Below are positions 8,546 through 16,726 of a stretch of DNA of 47,667 nt, piece by piece. Where the stretch lies: positions 1 through 47,667 of IMG/VR virus record IMGVR_UViG_3300049166_000010; one strand, given 5' to 3'. Under the pieces are notes generated by a model. The model did not search any database. It saw only the letters and a program-made list of their open reading frames with translations, and was not told where the DNA came from. This DNA is from a virus (Duplodnaviria; Caudoviricetes). Within the stretch, counting starts at the first letter, position 1, and each line of letters opens with the position of its first letter. The position numbers and the translations under genes were made by a program.

Positions 8546-9502
8546 ATGTCAGCGTATTACAACGAGTTCGATCCCTATGCTGCGCAGTGGTTACGCAACT
8601 TAATCAGCGCGGGCCATATCGCGCCTGGCGATGTGGATGAACGGAGCATAGTGGATGTCAAACCGGAAGAACTTACCGGCTACCGCCAATGTCATTTCTT
8701 CGCGGGGATCGGAGGATGGTCCCTCGCTGCTCGACTGGCTGGCTGGGCAGACGATCGAGAACTCTGGACCGGATCATGCCCATGCCAGCCATTCTCCGTT
8801 GCCGGTAAGCAAGCCGGTCAAACGGACGAAAGGCACCTCTGGCCGACTTTCGCAGCACTCATCAGTGCCAGACGGCCCGCTGTCGTCATGGGAGAACAGG
8901 TTGCGGCAGCGGTTGGGAAGGATTGGCTCGACGGAGTGTATTCTGACCTGGAAGCAATCGGCTACTCCTGCGGGGCGGCAGTTGTCCCGGCTTGTGCCGT
9001 CGACGCGCCGCATAGACGAGATCGGTTGTGGTTTGTGGCAGACGCCAGTAGCGGACGATGCGCCGGACAGGCAGAAGGGCAAGATAAACAGCCGCGGCGA
9101 ACCGAAGTTGTCAGGGCAGGTGAAAGCTCTTTGGCCGACGCCGCGAGCATCAGAGGCGGGGCCAGACTTTGCCAAGGCGACCAGATCGAAAACCGGAATG
9201 GCATTGCCCGCAGTTGCAGCTCTTTCGATGTGGCCGACCCCGACCAGCCTTGCGAAAGCCAAGGATGGGAACAACGAAGCGGGCAACTCAGCCGGGCTCG
9301 TAGCAATTCGCGCGGCAGTGCTTGGATCGGAGCCGAATGGCTCTCAGGCGCAGACGGAAAAGCCCGGCGCTTTGAACCCAGCATTCGTTTGCTGGCTCAT
9401 GGGGTTCCCGCCCGAGTGGGAAAGCTGCGCGCCTACGGCAATGCCATCGTCCCGCAGCTCGCGGCGGAAATAATCGGCGCCTACATGGACTGCCAGCCGT
9501 GA
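8546..9502 (+). CDS. C5 DNA cytosine methyltransferase, catalytic (alpha) chain
   Basis: FFAGIGG (I), GSCPCQPFS (IV), GEQV (VI), PHRRDRLWFV (VIII), AYGNAIV (X); no motif IX in this frame. Confidence 0.92.
   Translation: MSAYYNEFDPYAAQWLRNLISAGHIAPGDVDERSIVDVKPEELTGYRQCHFFAGIGGWSLAARLAGWADDRELWTGSCPCQPFSVAGKQAGQTDERHLWPTFAALISARRPAVVMGEQVAAAVGKDWLDGVYSDLEAIGYSCGAAVVPACAVDAPHRRDRLWFVADASSGRCAGQAEGQDKQPRRTEVVRAGESSLADAASIRGGARLCQGDQIENRNGIARSCSSFDVADPDQPCESQGWEQRSGQLSRARSNSRGSAWIGAEWLSGADGKARRFEPSIRLLAHGVPARVGKLRAYGNAIVPQLAAEIIGAYMDCQP
8655..9473 (+). CDS. Nested +1-frame ORF: probable methyltransferase beta chain with motif IX
   Basis: 272-aa ORF wholly inside the MTase gene; GGAG RBS 8 nt before ATG 8655; LWQTP/LWPTP/MWPTP repeats; LNPAFVCWLMGFPPEW. 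Confidence 0.7.
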   Translation: MSNRKNLPATANVISSRGSEDGPSLLDWLAGQTIENSGPDHAHASHSPLPVSKPVKRTKGTSGRLSQHSSVPDGPLSSWENRLRQRLGRIGSTECILTWKQSATPAGRQLSRLVPSTRRIDEIGCGLWQTPVADDAPDRQKGKINSRGEPKLSGQVKALWPTPRASEAGPDFAKATRSKTGMALPAVAALSMWPTPTSLAKAKDGNNEAGNSAGLVAIRAAVLGSEPNGSQAQTEKPGALNPAFVCWLMGFPPEWESCAPTAMPSSRSSRRK

Positions 9503-10383
9503 GCGACATCGACCGCATCAGGCGCGACTGTCCGTTACCTCAGGTAGCGCAGCAATTTGGTGTCGATCTGGAAGCAGATGGGCACGAATTCATATCCTGC
9601 TGCCCGTTTCACAGTGAAGATACGCCGTCGTTCACAATTTTTGCTGGCAAAGATAATATCTGGCGCTATCATTGCTTTGGCTGCGGGGCCAAAGGCGACG
9701 TTATTGATTTTGCGAAGCAGATCAAAGGCGTCTCGACGGCGGAAGCGATTAAGATACTCGGCGGGTCTGCTATCGCCGGGTCAAATATTACTGCCGTCCA
9801 ACGTACCCGCGCCGATCCATATCAGAACATCACACCACTCGAACCGACTTCGGAGCTTGCCCCGAATAGGAAAGTTGTCCTATACAATCCTAAACGTGAA
9901 CAGAATGGGAACATAACACCGTCAGCCGTCTATCCATATCGGCGGCAAGATGGTTCACTGATCGGCTACGTTTTACGGCATGAGCTGCGCGACGGTGGCA
10001 AGGAAACCCCGATGGTGCAGTGGGCGCGATTACCGAGCGGCGTCGAGACGTGGTGCCGTTTACCGTTCATTAAGCCTCGACCCCTTTACGGGCTCTGGAG
10101 GCTTGGTGAGGGTCAAGTTTTCGTAGTCGAAGGCGAAAAATGCGCCGAGGCTATGTGGAAGTTACGGGGGAAGCCAGTCGTTGCCTGGGCTGGTGGAACC
10201 TACGGCGTCGGCCACACCGACTGGTCGCCGCTCAAGGGCCGAGACGTGATTATTTGGCCTGATCTGGACGTGCCTGGATACTCGACCGCTAAACGTGTCG
10301 GGGAGCAATTAAGCGGCGTCGCAAGCCGGGTCCGGTATATCGATTTTGGGAAGGAAATGCGCCGTGCAAGAGATGACTTTTAG
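9499..10383 (+). CDS. DNA primase (CHC2 zinc finger + Toprim), C-terminally truncated
   Basis: CPFHSEDTPSF...YHCFGC; VVEGEKCA; WPDLD. Confidence 0.9.
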   Translation: MSDIDRIRRDCPLPQVAQQFGVDLEADGHEFISCCPFHSEDTPSFTIFAGKDNIWRYHCFGCGAKGDVIDFAKQIKGVSTAEAIKILGGSAIAGSNITAVQRTRADPYQNITPLEPTSELAPNRKVVLYNPKREQNGNITPSAVYPYRRQDGSLIGYVLRHELRDGGKETPMVQWARLPSGVETWCRLPFIKPRPLYGLWRLGEGQVFVVEGEKCAEAMWKLRGKPVVAWAGGTYGVGHTDWSPLKGRDVIIWPDLDVPGYSTAKRVGEQLSGVASRVRYIDFGKEMRRARDDF

Positions 10384-10570
10384 GACCGTTGGAGTTTTAC
10401 CTATCGCAAACGGTCGCTGGCATGTTCGCGAGGGCGGCGGGCATATCTGGTTCGTGAATGAGAACCCGGAGGTTTGCCCCTACTGCTTGCAGAACGGGGT
10501 GTTCGTGGCTGTCGTGGATGCAGGTGTCGAGCCTCAGGCGCCACTGATCCAGCCTCGCGTGCCGGCATGA
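10364..10570 (+). CDS. Small hypothetical protein with CPYC, between primase and helicase
   Basis: AAGGA RBS before GTG 10364 (alternative ATG 10373); ATGA overlap with the helicase start. Confidence 0.6.
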   Translation: MQEMTFRTVGVLPIANGRWHVREGGGHIWFVNENPEVCPYCLQNGVFVAVVDAGVEPQAPLIQPRVPA

Positions 10571-12213
10571 CATTCGCGTTCACAAACTGGCAGGCAGGCG
10601 AACCCGCGCCTAAAGGTTTCGACATCGCTGACTGCATAGACAACGGCTGGAGCCGCGACGATGTACAGGCAATGATGCGCCTGGCGGTCTGCGATGAGCT
10701 ACCGGATTTCCCTGAGGAACAGGAGGTGGCCGGCATTGACCCTGAGCCGTTTCAGGAGTCGACCGTCGCGGTAGATGGCGTCGATGGCGTACTACGCATC
10801 CCGCGCGTCAGCGAGATCGAGCATGGCAGCGAGGTATTCATTGCCGGCAGGTTTGCGGAACTGCTGGAGCATGTGTGCAAAGGCAAGGTCGTTCGTGCTG
10901 ATGGCGCGTTCTGGGCGTGGGGGCCGACTGCCTGGAAGGAAATACCTGAGCAGCGTTTAAGGCTGGGCGTTCATCAATTTGACGGCGCCACGGTGCAGGG
11001 TAAGCAGCCGATCAAGATCGGCAAGCGCATGATCGACGGCATTCTGTCCGAGGCTGGCACAATTCTATCCGAGCCCGGATTTTTCCACGATCCCACTGTT
11101 GGGCTAAACGCATTGAACGGTGTGATATGCATCGGTGCGGACGGCAGGGTAACAACCAGACAGCATGACCCAGATGATCGGTTCCGGTTCACCATACCAG
11201 CACAGTTCAGTCTATCCGACGATATGGAACCGCCTGCCGGGTCTCTTTTGCATACTCTGGTACACGGTGCATTCAAGGGTGATCCTGATGAGCGCCAGAA
11301 AATCGACCTGATTGGGGAGATCCTCGGCGCAGCGGCGTTTGGCATGGCAACGCGATTACCTCAGCCCAAGGCATTCGTGCTGCTGGGTGAGACGGCCTCG
11401 AACGGCAAATCTACCATTGCCTCGCTGCTGGAATGTTTGCTGCCGGCTGATGCGGTGTCGCACATTCCTCCATCGGCATACGAGGACGAGCGCCGGATCG
11501 TGAACCTGGCAGGTAAGGCCGCGAACGTCGCTGATGAGCTGTCGTCGGCGGCAGTAGCCGGGGAGACGTTCAAAGCCGCTGTGACCGGCAATACGCTTGA
11601 GGGTCGGGACCTATACCGCTCAGCTATGACGTTCACGCCGCGCGCAATTCATGTGTTCACGACGAATACCTTACCTCGGTTTAGTGGCGGGCTTGATCGA
11701 GGCTTACAGCGTCGTCTCGTCGTGATCCGGTTTAACCGCTCGATCCCTGACAAGGAAATCATTGCCGACATTGCCGATCGTATCCGATCAGATGAACTTG
11801 ATCTGTTATTGAGGTTTGCTGTAGCCGGTGCCCAGAGACTAACTGTCAACAAAGCATACACGCTTCCTGCATCCTCGAAAGAAGCTCTGCAAGGGTGGCT
11901 GCTGCTTGATCCGGTAAACGAGTGGTTTGAAAGCCGAGTGAAGCCCGTAGAGCGCGAGCCACAAGCGGGCTGGCCCGGAACTGGAAAGCTGTTTCTGGAC
12001 TTCAAGGCGTGGGCAATCGAACAAGGCCACTCCGAACGGTTCCTGCCGCCAGTGAACACCTTCTCCCAGCGATTAAAGGCTATGCCCGGAGTTCAGGTGA
12101 AGCGTAGGTCATCGGGTTCTGTGGCTGCTGGGATTATGTTGCGTGGCATTGGTGAGGTGGCGTCGGTGATCGATGATCCGATGGCGGCTGAACCTGTAAC
12201 GGGAGATTGGTGA
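10567..12213 (+). CDS. P4/D5-type SF3 replicative helicase with N-terminal Toprim-tail segment
   Basis: GETASNGKST (Walker A), NVADEL (Walker B), FTTN (motif C), RRLVVIRF; N-terminal PKGFDIADCIDNGW. Confidence 0.88.
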   Translation: MTFAFTNWQAGEPAPKGFDIADCIDNGWSRDDVQAMMRLAVCDELPDFPEEQEVAGIDPEPFQESTVAVDGVDGVLRIPRVSEIEHGSEVFIAGRFAELLEHVCKGKVVRADGAFWAWGPTAWKEIPEQRLRLGVHQFDGATVQGKQPIKIGKRMIDGILSEAGTILSEPGFFHDPTVGLNALNGVICIGADGRVTTRQHDPDDRFRFTIPAQFSLSDDMEPPAGSLLHTLVHGAFKGDPDERQKIDLIGEILGAAAFGMATRLPQPKAFVLLGETASNGKSTIASLLECLLPADAVSHIPPSAYEDERRIVNLAGKAANVADELSSAAVAGETFKAAVTGNTLEGRDLYRSAMTFTPRAIHVFTTNTLPRFSGGLDRGLQRRLVVIRFNRSIPDKEIIADIADRIRSDELDLLLRFAVAGAQRLTVNKAYTLPASSKEALQGWLLLDPVNEWFESRVKPVEREPQAGWPGTGKLFLDFKAWAIEQGHSERFLPPVNTFSQRLKAMPGVQVKRRSSGSVAAGIMLRGIGEVASVIDDPMAAEPVTGDW

Positions 12214-12431
12214 TGATTGAGCAGGCATGGCAGAAAAGGATGTTGCGTGTTGCTCGCGAGCGGCGAGATATGCCTAAAGCCGGATGGGAGTTCGTTGGTG
12301 AGGGCGGCGGCAAGCTCTGGGAACTGGAGCGGGGATGGCGTATCAAGCATGAGATTAGAGATGTGAAGATTTCCGCATGCGGCAAGGGCGTGTGGGTGAA
12401 AATTGAGCAGCGGCCGGCAGGAGATTGGTGA
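12213..12431 (+). CDS. Hypothetical protein
   Basis: GGAG RBS, TGATG coupling. Confidence 0.7.
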   Translation: MIEQAWQKRMLRVARERRDMPKAGWEFVGEGGGKLWELERGWRIKHEIRDVKISACGKGVWVKIEQRPAGDW

Positions 12432-12610
12432 TGTGGTTGGTTTGGTCGAGCGATAAGACGAATTGGGGTACGGCAGAAACCCTGCCGGGTGCTTATGCGC
12501 TCGCTGCGTGGATATGGTTTTGGATGATGCTGTCTCTTAACCCCTGCCGGATGCGAGTAGGACCGGTGAGGCGCGAGACTTATGACGATCTGCTGCGAGG
12601 CAGGGGCTAA
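12431..12610 (+). CDS. Small Trp-rich hydrophobic protein
   Basis: GGAG RBS, TGATG coupling. Confidence 0.6.
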   Translation: MWLVWSSDKTNWGTAETLPGAYALAAWIWFWMMLSLNPCRMRVGPVRRETYDDLLRGRG

Positions 12611-12625
12611 TCGCGCACCTATACT

Positions 12626-12642
12626 GTTGTGAAAATCACAAT
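12626..12642. promoter_or_regulatory. Operator palindrome upstream of the endolysin, abutting a TATACT -10-like hexamer
   Basis: GTTGTG-AAAAT-CACAAT. Confidence 0.8.
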
Positions 12643-12685
12643 GCTGGGTTAGTCTGGACGCATCATCACAACGCAAGGGGCCATT

Positions 12686-13498
12686 ATGGCGCGCGGCAAT
12701 TTAGGTGCATGTCTAGCGATCACGCTGAAACACGAAGGCGGCTATGTGGATCACCCGAAAGATCCTGGCGGCGCCACGAATATGGGGATCACCCATAAGA
12801 CGCTGGCAGGGTATCGCCGCAGGACGGTCACCAAGCAGGACGTGCGCGATCTGAAGATCTCCGAAGTCACCGCGATATACGGCGCGAACTATTGGGCGCC
12901 TGTCAACGGTGAAATGCTCCCGTTCGGTGTGGACCTGGCAACGTTCGACGGCGCTGTGAACTCCGGTGTTAGTCGCGGATCGAAGTGGCTCCAGCGTGCA
13001 GCGGGCGTCAAGCAGGACGGCAAAGTCGGGCCTGAGACGACACGCGCTGCGGGTAATAATCCTGCGGCGCTGATCCGTGCGCTGTGTGGATATCGACTGT
13101 CGTTTGTGCAGGGGCTAGGCACTTGGAAGGTATTCGGTCGTGGCTGGGCTCGCCGGATTGCTGACATCGAGGCCAACGCTGTTGCCATGTGGCTGCGCAA
13201 TGGTGCCGGTAGGTCAGCAGGTGAGGCTGCGGATCAGCTCGCGCGTGACGCTCAGGCGGCGAACTCGAAGGCTGGCGGGCAGGGCAAGGGCGCGGCTGGT
13301 GCGGGTGCTGGCGGGGCTGGGCTGTCCGTGGGTGATGTGGTCTGGGACGGATCGTCCACCTGGACGCTGGTGCTAGCTGGTGTGCTGGCGCTGATCGCTC
13401 TGGGGCTGGTGTTGAAGTCCCGGCAGAACAGTGAGCGAGCCAAGGCGTATATGGCTGAGGTCGAGAACCAGAAGCTCGATGAGATGGCGGGGTCGTAG
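12686..13498 (+). CDS. Endolysin, glycoside hydrolase family 108, with C-terminal transmembrane helix
   Basis: HEGGYVDHPKDPGGATNMGIT, FDGAVNSG, DGKVGPET, FGRGWARR; WTLVLAGVLALIALGLVL. Confidence 0.93.
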   Translation: MARGNLGACLAITLKHEGGYVDHPKDPGGATNMGITHKTLAGYRRRTVTKQDVRDLKISEVTAIYGANYWAPVNGEMLPFGVDLATFDGAVNSGVSRGSKWLQRAAGVKQDGKVGPETTRAAGNNPAALIRALCGYRLSFVQGLGTWKVFGRGWARRIADIEANAVAMWLRNGAGRSAGEAADQLARDAQAANSKAGGQGKGAAGAGAGGAGLSVGDVVWDGSSTWTLVLAGVLALIALGLVLKSRQNSERAKAYMAEVENQKLDEMAGS

Positions 13499-13508
13499 GA
13501 GAGCGAAG

Positions 13509-13850
13509 ATGAATTTCAACCATGATCGACAGACTAGCATTGCATTGAATGAGCGACCTGATCTTCTCGACAAGCATGAGCTGGTTGAGCTTGTCCATAT
13601 GATCGATTTCGCGAAGACTTACCGCCGAGGGCATGAGGCTCTTTATCAGCTTCATGCTTACGGTCCGGTCTGGGACGGAGATCTAATCTCGAAAAATGAT
13701 CGAGACGTATTCTTGGAGAACGGCGCCTGCGCAAAGGTCTGCGTCAAGGGCGAGCAGGGTTACAACGCCTGTACATACTTCGGGCGGTCGCTGCTTCGCA
13801 TCTATGAATGGCTTTACGGTGCGCTGCCGGGGACCGACTCGATCAAGTAA
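13509..13850 (+). CDS. Hypothetical protein
   Basis: ATG 13509 behind AGGAG; convergent overlap with the integrase end. Confidence 0.7.
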   Translation: MNFNHDRQTSIALNERPDLLDKHELVELVHMIDFAKTYRRGHEALYQLHAYGPVWDGDLISKNDRDVFLENGACAKVCVKGEQGYNACTYFGRSLLRIYEWLYGALPGTDSIK

Positions 13851-14904
13851 CCACCTCCAACCACTCCCATCCGGCATACTTATCACCAACCTGCCGGATG
13901 TGGGTGTACCTCTGGAGCGAACTCCAGGACCTGTGGCCTGACACCATTGCGACCTGAGGTATCCCCAGACCAGTCTCAAACAACCGAGATATTCCCTCAT
14001 GCCGCAGGTCGTGGAACACCAGGTCATCGATCGCAAGGAATTGACAGGCTCGCGTGAACGCTGCTGAGATCGCGTCGGTGGTGTACGGGAATATCTCGGG
14101 ACGCGACCGTGGCCGTGCGTCGACTATCCTCCGGGCGGGTTCCGGCAGGTCGACCCAGACGTTGTTCCCTATCTTCTGGCCGGGGTGTTTCATATCGCGG
14201 ACCAGCACACGATCACCCTGGTAGTCCGACCACAATATCCGTGTGATTTCCTCCTGCCGGCGCGTCGAGAACAGGGCGAACGCCGCAACCACATGCATCG
14301 GCATACTGGCCGGCCTGCGCCTGTGTACCTCCTGAAAATGCGTCATCAGCCGGTTCATCTCGTCCAGCGTCGGGCGTCTGTCGCGGCGGGTCGACTTCGC
14401 CACGGTGCCTAAACGGCGGCTCGATCGCATGGCTTTGGACATCTGTGCCATGTCGAGCTGATAGCCCCATGCGTCCTCGGCAATGGCAAACACAGCTTGC
14501 AGGTGGGACATATAGTTCGCCACGGTCTGCGGCTGGCGTGTCTCGCGCAGCTCGTCTGCAAACGCTACCAGGTCGGCTGAGGTGATTGAGGCGCAGTCCT
14601 TGGCGGCGATAGGCAAGCTGCGTATGGTCCTGAGGACCTGTTCCTTGGTGCGGCCCATGTCCTGGTTCGCCTGCGTGTATTTATCAATGGCATCGGCAAG
14701 GGTGGCGCGTGGTCGGTTGGCCCGTTCGAGGGCGCCGGGTTTGGATAGTTCGGCCTCCCGTTTGACCATCCATGCCAATGCTGCCGGCCTTCGGTCGAAC
14801 GTCTCGCTTTCGCGGTGAACGACCTTGCCCTCGCGTTTCAGGATAATCTTTGCCATATAGGCTTTTGTGCCATTCTTTCGATCGCGTGCGACTATGGTTC
14901 CCAT
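13843..14904 (-). CDS. int: Tyrosine integrase, dusA-associated type
   Basis: STRRQEEI, DMKHP, FHDLRHEGISRLFE, SGHRSWSSLQRYTH; divergent from a dusA fragment. Confidence 0.93.
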   Translation of the reverse strand: MGTIVARDRKNGTKAYMAKIILKREGKVVHRESETFDRRPAALAWMVKREAELSKPGALERANRPRATLADAIDKYTQANQDMGRTKEQVLRTIRSLPIAAKDCASITSADLVAFADELRETRQPQTVANYMSHLQAVFAIAEDAWGYQLDMAQMSKAMRSSRRLGTVAKSTRRDRRPTLDEMNRLMTHFQEVHRRRPASMPMHVVAAFALFSTRRQEEITRILWSDYQGDRVLVRDMKHPGQKIGNNVWVDLPEPARRIVDARPRSRPEIFPYTTDAISAAFTRACQFLAIDDLVFHDLRHEGISRLFETGLGIPQVAMVSGHRSWSSLQRYTHIRQVGDKYAGWEWLEVVT

Positions 14905-15029
14905 CGGTATCACAAGGCTTTCTGAGTATCACATTGTGATCCCTACCACTGTGTTTTGCCTGCGTCCGCTAGCGTTTGCACAACACTACGCAACGAATAT
15001 CACAACACTGAATAACGGACCTGAAAAGA

Positions 15030-15089
15030 TTGCTCGATATATCAAGGGTTTCGAAGGCTAGGCGTTTTGCTATTGCGCCCATGATGGAC
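15030..15089 (+). pseudogene. dusA: Phage-borne replacement 5' fragment of tRNA-dihydrouridine synthase A
   Basis: Translates as (L/M)LDISRVSKARRFAIAPMMD, matching the DusA N-terminal RFxxAPMMD motif, then diverges and stops at 15119. Confidence 0.85.
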
Positions 15090-15108
15090 ACTACAGCGCG
15101 ACAAAGAA

Positions 15109-15129
15109 AACCCCGCTAAATGCGGGGTT
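15109..15129. terminator. Hairpin / probable terminator for the leftward operon
   Basis: AACCCCGC-TAAAT-GCGGGGTT preceded by an A-rich run (T-rich on the minus strand). Confidence 0.6.
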
Positions 15130-15171
15130 GTGGGACAGACTGGACAAAGTCGTGTGATACTGGTGGTGATA

Positions 15172-15429
15172 TCAGGTTTTTGGTTCTCGCTGGGACGAGT
15201 GTGCATCGAGGTCGTTCTTTGACCAGTTCAGACCAACATCGCGGTGACCGTATTTCTCGATCACTTGCTTGAAGGCGTGGAGGATATAGAAGGGCCGATT
15301 ACCACCCGAGTACCCTCCAAGATCATTCTTCTGCAAGGCTTCCCAGAGCCATTCGGCATCCTTCAGGAGGGACTTGCGCTCATCGTCTGTTAGCAGCTCG
15401 GGGTATGGTTTACTGTCTTGCGTGGTCAT
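15172..15429 (-). CDS. Hypothetical protein
   Basis: MTTQDSK start, ATGA-coupled to the PrtN-like gene. Confidence 0.65.
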   Translation of the reverse strand: MTTQDSKPYPELLTDDERKSLLKDAEWLWEALQKNDLGGYSGGNRPFYILHAFKQVIEKYGHRDVGLNWSKNDLDAHSSQREPKT

Positions 15430-15701
15430 CCGAACTTCGCCCCTGTCAACTGCTGGCATTCTTTTCGCGCCGCCGAGGTGCGGTCGTCAATCCATTGCGC
15501 GAGATCTTGCAAGGCAATCCCTTTCGCTGACTGCTTGGACGAACCATCAATGCGAACCACCGGCAAAGCAATATCGCCGTTCGTCGCTTTCCTGGCGAAC
15601 TCGACGGGGCTCAGATGCTGGAAGAAATCCCGGCAAACTAGATCTAGCGGTATCACTGGCGCGGCGTCGTAGCGGGCCATCAGGAGGAATGCGGTGTTCA
15701 T
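15426..15701 (-). CDS. Pyocin activator PrtN-family protein (possible excisionase/regulator)
   Basis: MNTAFLLMARYD...IPLDLVCRDFF...LPVVRI...QDLAQWIDDR; near attP. Confidence 0.85.
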   Translation of the reverse strand: MNTAFLLMARYDAAPVIPLDLVCRDFFQHLSPVEFARKATNGDIALPVVRIDGSSKQSAKGIALQDLAQWIDDRTSAARKECQQLTGAKFG

Positions 15702-16021
15702 TGTGACGCTCCACGGTTGCGGATGGCTGCGGTGATTATCCGTGCCACGTATATGGAGACTTCGCCGGATGCATATGGCTTTCCGGCTTTGTTTTTGTTC
15801 ACTGTGTCCAGTGTAAACCTGTTCTCGGCTACCTGCGCGCACGCCTCGCGCTCCTCCGCCTTAGCGGCCATGATGGCGCGGGCGATGATGAGGCGCGGGG
15901 GCGGACCGGCCTTGGACATAAGCGGCCAAACTACCCAACCGCGTTCGTGTCTGCCATGGATAGCTTCGCCCACTGCATCGGCAGCGTCCCAAGCCTCTTG
16001 GCTCACGTCATCAGGTTTCAC
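15698..16021 (-). CDS. Hypothetical phage protein
   Basis: KPDDVSQEAWDAA...IARAIMAAKAEEREACAQVAE...AIRNRG pattern common in phage early genes. Confidence 0.75.
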   Translation of the reverse strand: MKPDDVSQEAWDAADAVGEAIHGRHERGWVVWPLMSKAGPPPRLIIARAIMAAKAEEREACAQVAENRFTLDTVNKNKAGKPYASGEVSIYVARIITAAIRNRGASQ

Positions 16022-16257
16022 GGTGACACCTCTACCTTGGCGCCGATAGCCTCGGACACCCAGAACATGCGGTCGGCTGTCGGGCTGCGATGGCCCTGCC
16101 GCCAGGTTGATATTTCGTTGGTCGCGATCCCGGCTCGGGCGGCGATCTGCTCGTCGTTCATGCCGGATCGGTCCATGGCGCCGATCAGTGCAACCGTGAT
16201 GGGGTTCGTGATCCTGATCGGCTGGCGTGGTCGGCCTGCTGTTCGTAGTTGGGGCAT
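16018..16257 (-). CDS. XRE-family HTH protein
   Basis: GMNDEQIAARAGIATNEISTWRQGHRSP. Confidence 0.8.
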   Translation of the reverse strand: MPQLRTAGRPRQPIRITNPITVALIGAMDRSGMNDEQIAARAGIATNEISTWRQGHRSPTADRMFWVSEAIGAKVEVSP

Positions 16258-16278
16258 GGTGCGGTTCCCGTTCCTGAC

Positions 16279-16316
16279 GTTGCGTTTATCACAACACTAT
16301 GGGCGTGCGTTGTCAA
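16279..16316 (-). promoter_or_regulatory. Operator (16279-16295) plus TTGACA -35 (16316-16311) upstream of the XRE/PrtN genes
   Basis: GTTGCG-TTTAT-CACAAC. Confidence 0.8.
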
Positions 16317-16560
16317 TTCGAGATAGCTGGTCAAGCTCCGCGATCAGGCGCACGATCTCGGCGCGGATGTCCGCTCGGTCCTTGCCTTCGCCAACCATGC
16401 GAGCGACTATGTTTAGGGCTTCACGGCCTTTGCCGCCTAACTCCTTGCGGATCTTCGCGCGATCTAACTCCCTGGCGCGGTGATAATACCAGTGCCGTAA
16501 ATTCTGGTGTCTGCGCTCTGCCTTCGCCAGCAATTCATACGGATCAGGCTTTGTCATCAA
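16297..16560 (-). CDS. Hypothetical protein
   Basis: Operon-embedded ORF. Confidence 0.65.
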   Translation of the reverse strand: MMTKPDPYELLAKAERRHQNLRHWYYHRARELDRAKIRKELGGKGREALNIVARMVGEGKDRADIRAEIVRLIAELDQLSRIDNARP

Positions 16561-16726
16561 TCACCTGCCGGCCTGCGTCAGTCGCCTCGACACCCTGGTC
16601 GGTCTGGATCAGATACCCAGCATCGATCAACGCCTGCGCCGTGCCCCACTGCTTCCCGCGTGGTATCACCGTCGCGTTCGCGGCGCGTCTGAGCAGCAAA
16701 CGCTGTGCTGAGGTCAGTGTGATCAT
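16544..16726 (-). CDS. Small winged-helix-like hypothetical protein
   Basis: LTSAQRLLL...TAQALIDAGYLI...ATDAGR. Confidence 0.6.
   Translation of the reverse strand: MITLTSAQRLLLRRAANATVIPRGKQWGTAQALIDAGYLIQTDQGVEATDAGRQVIDDKA

Larger units (their letters stand above)
14905..15172. other. attP region: core within the dusA 5' sequence (~15060-15089) with flanking GTATCAC/GTGATAY repeats (candidate arm sites)
   Basis: GTATCAC at 14907 and 14926; inverted GTGATAC at 15154 and GTGATAT at 15166; lies between int and the PrtN-like gene. Confidence 0.75.

Noticed and set aside
10474-10566. Upstream TTG start for the helicase
   Set aside because: Overlaps the small CPYC gene and encodes non-domain sequence; ATGA coupling favours 10567
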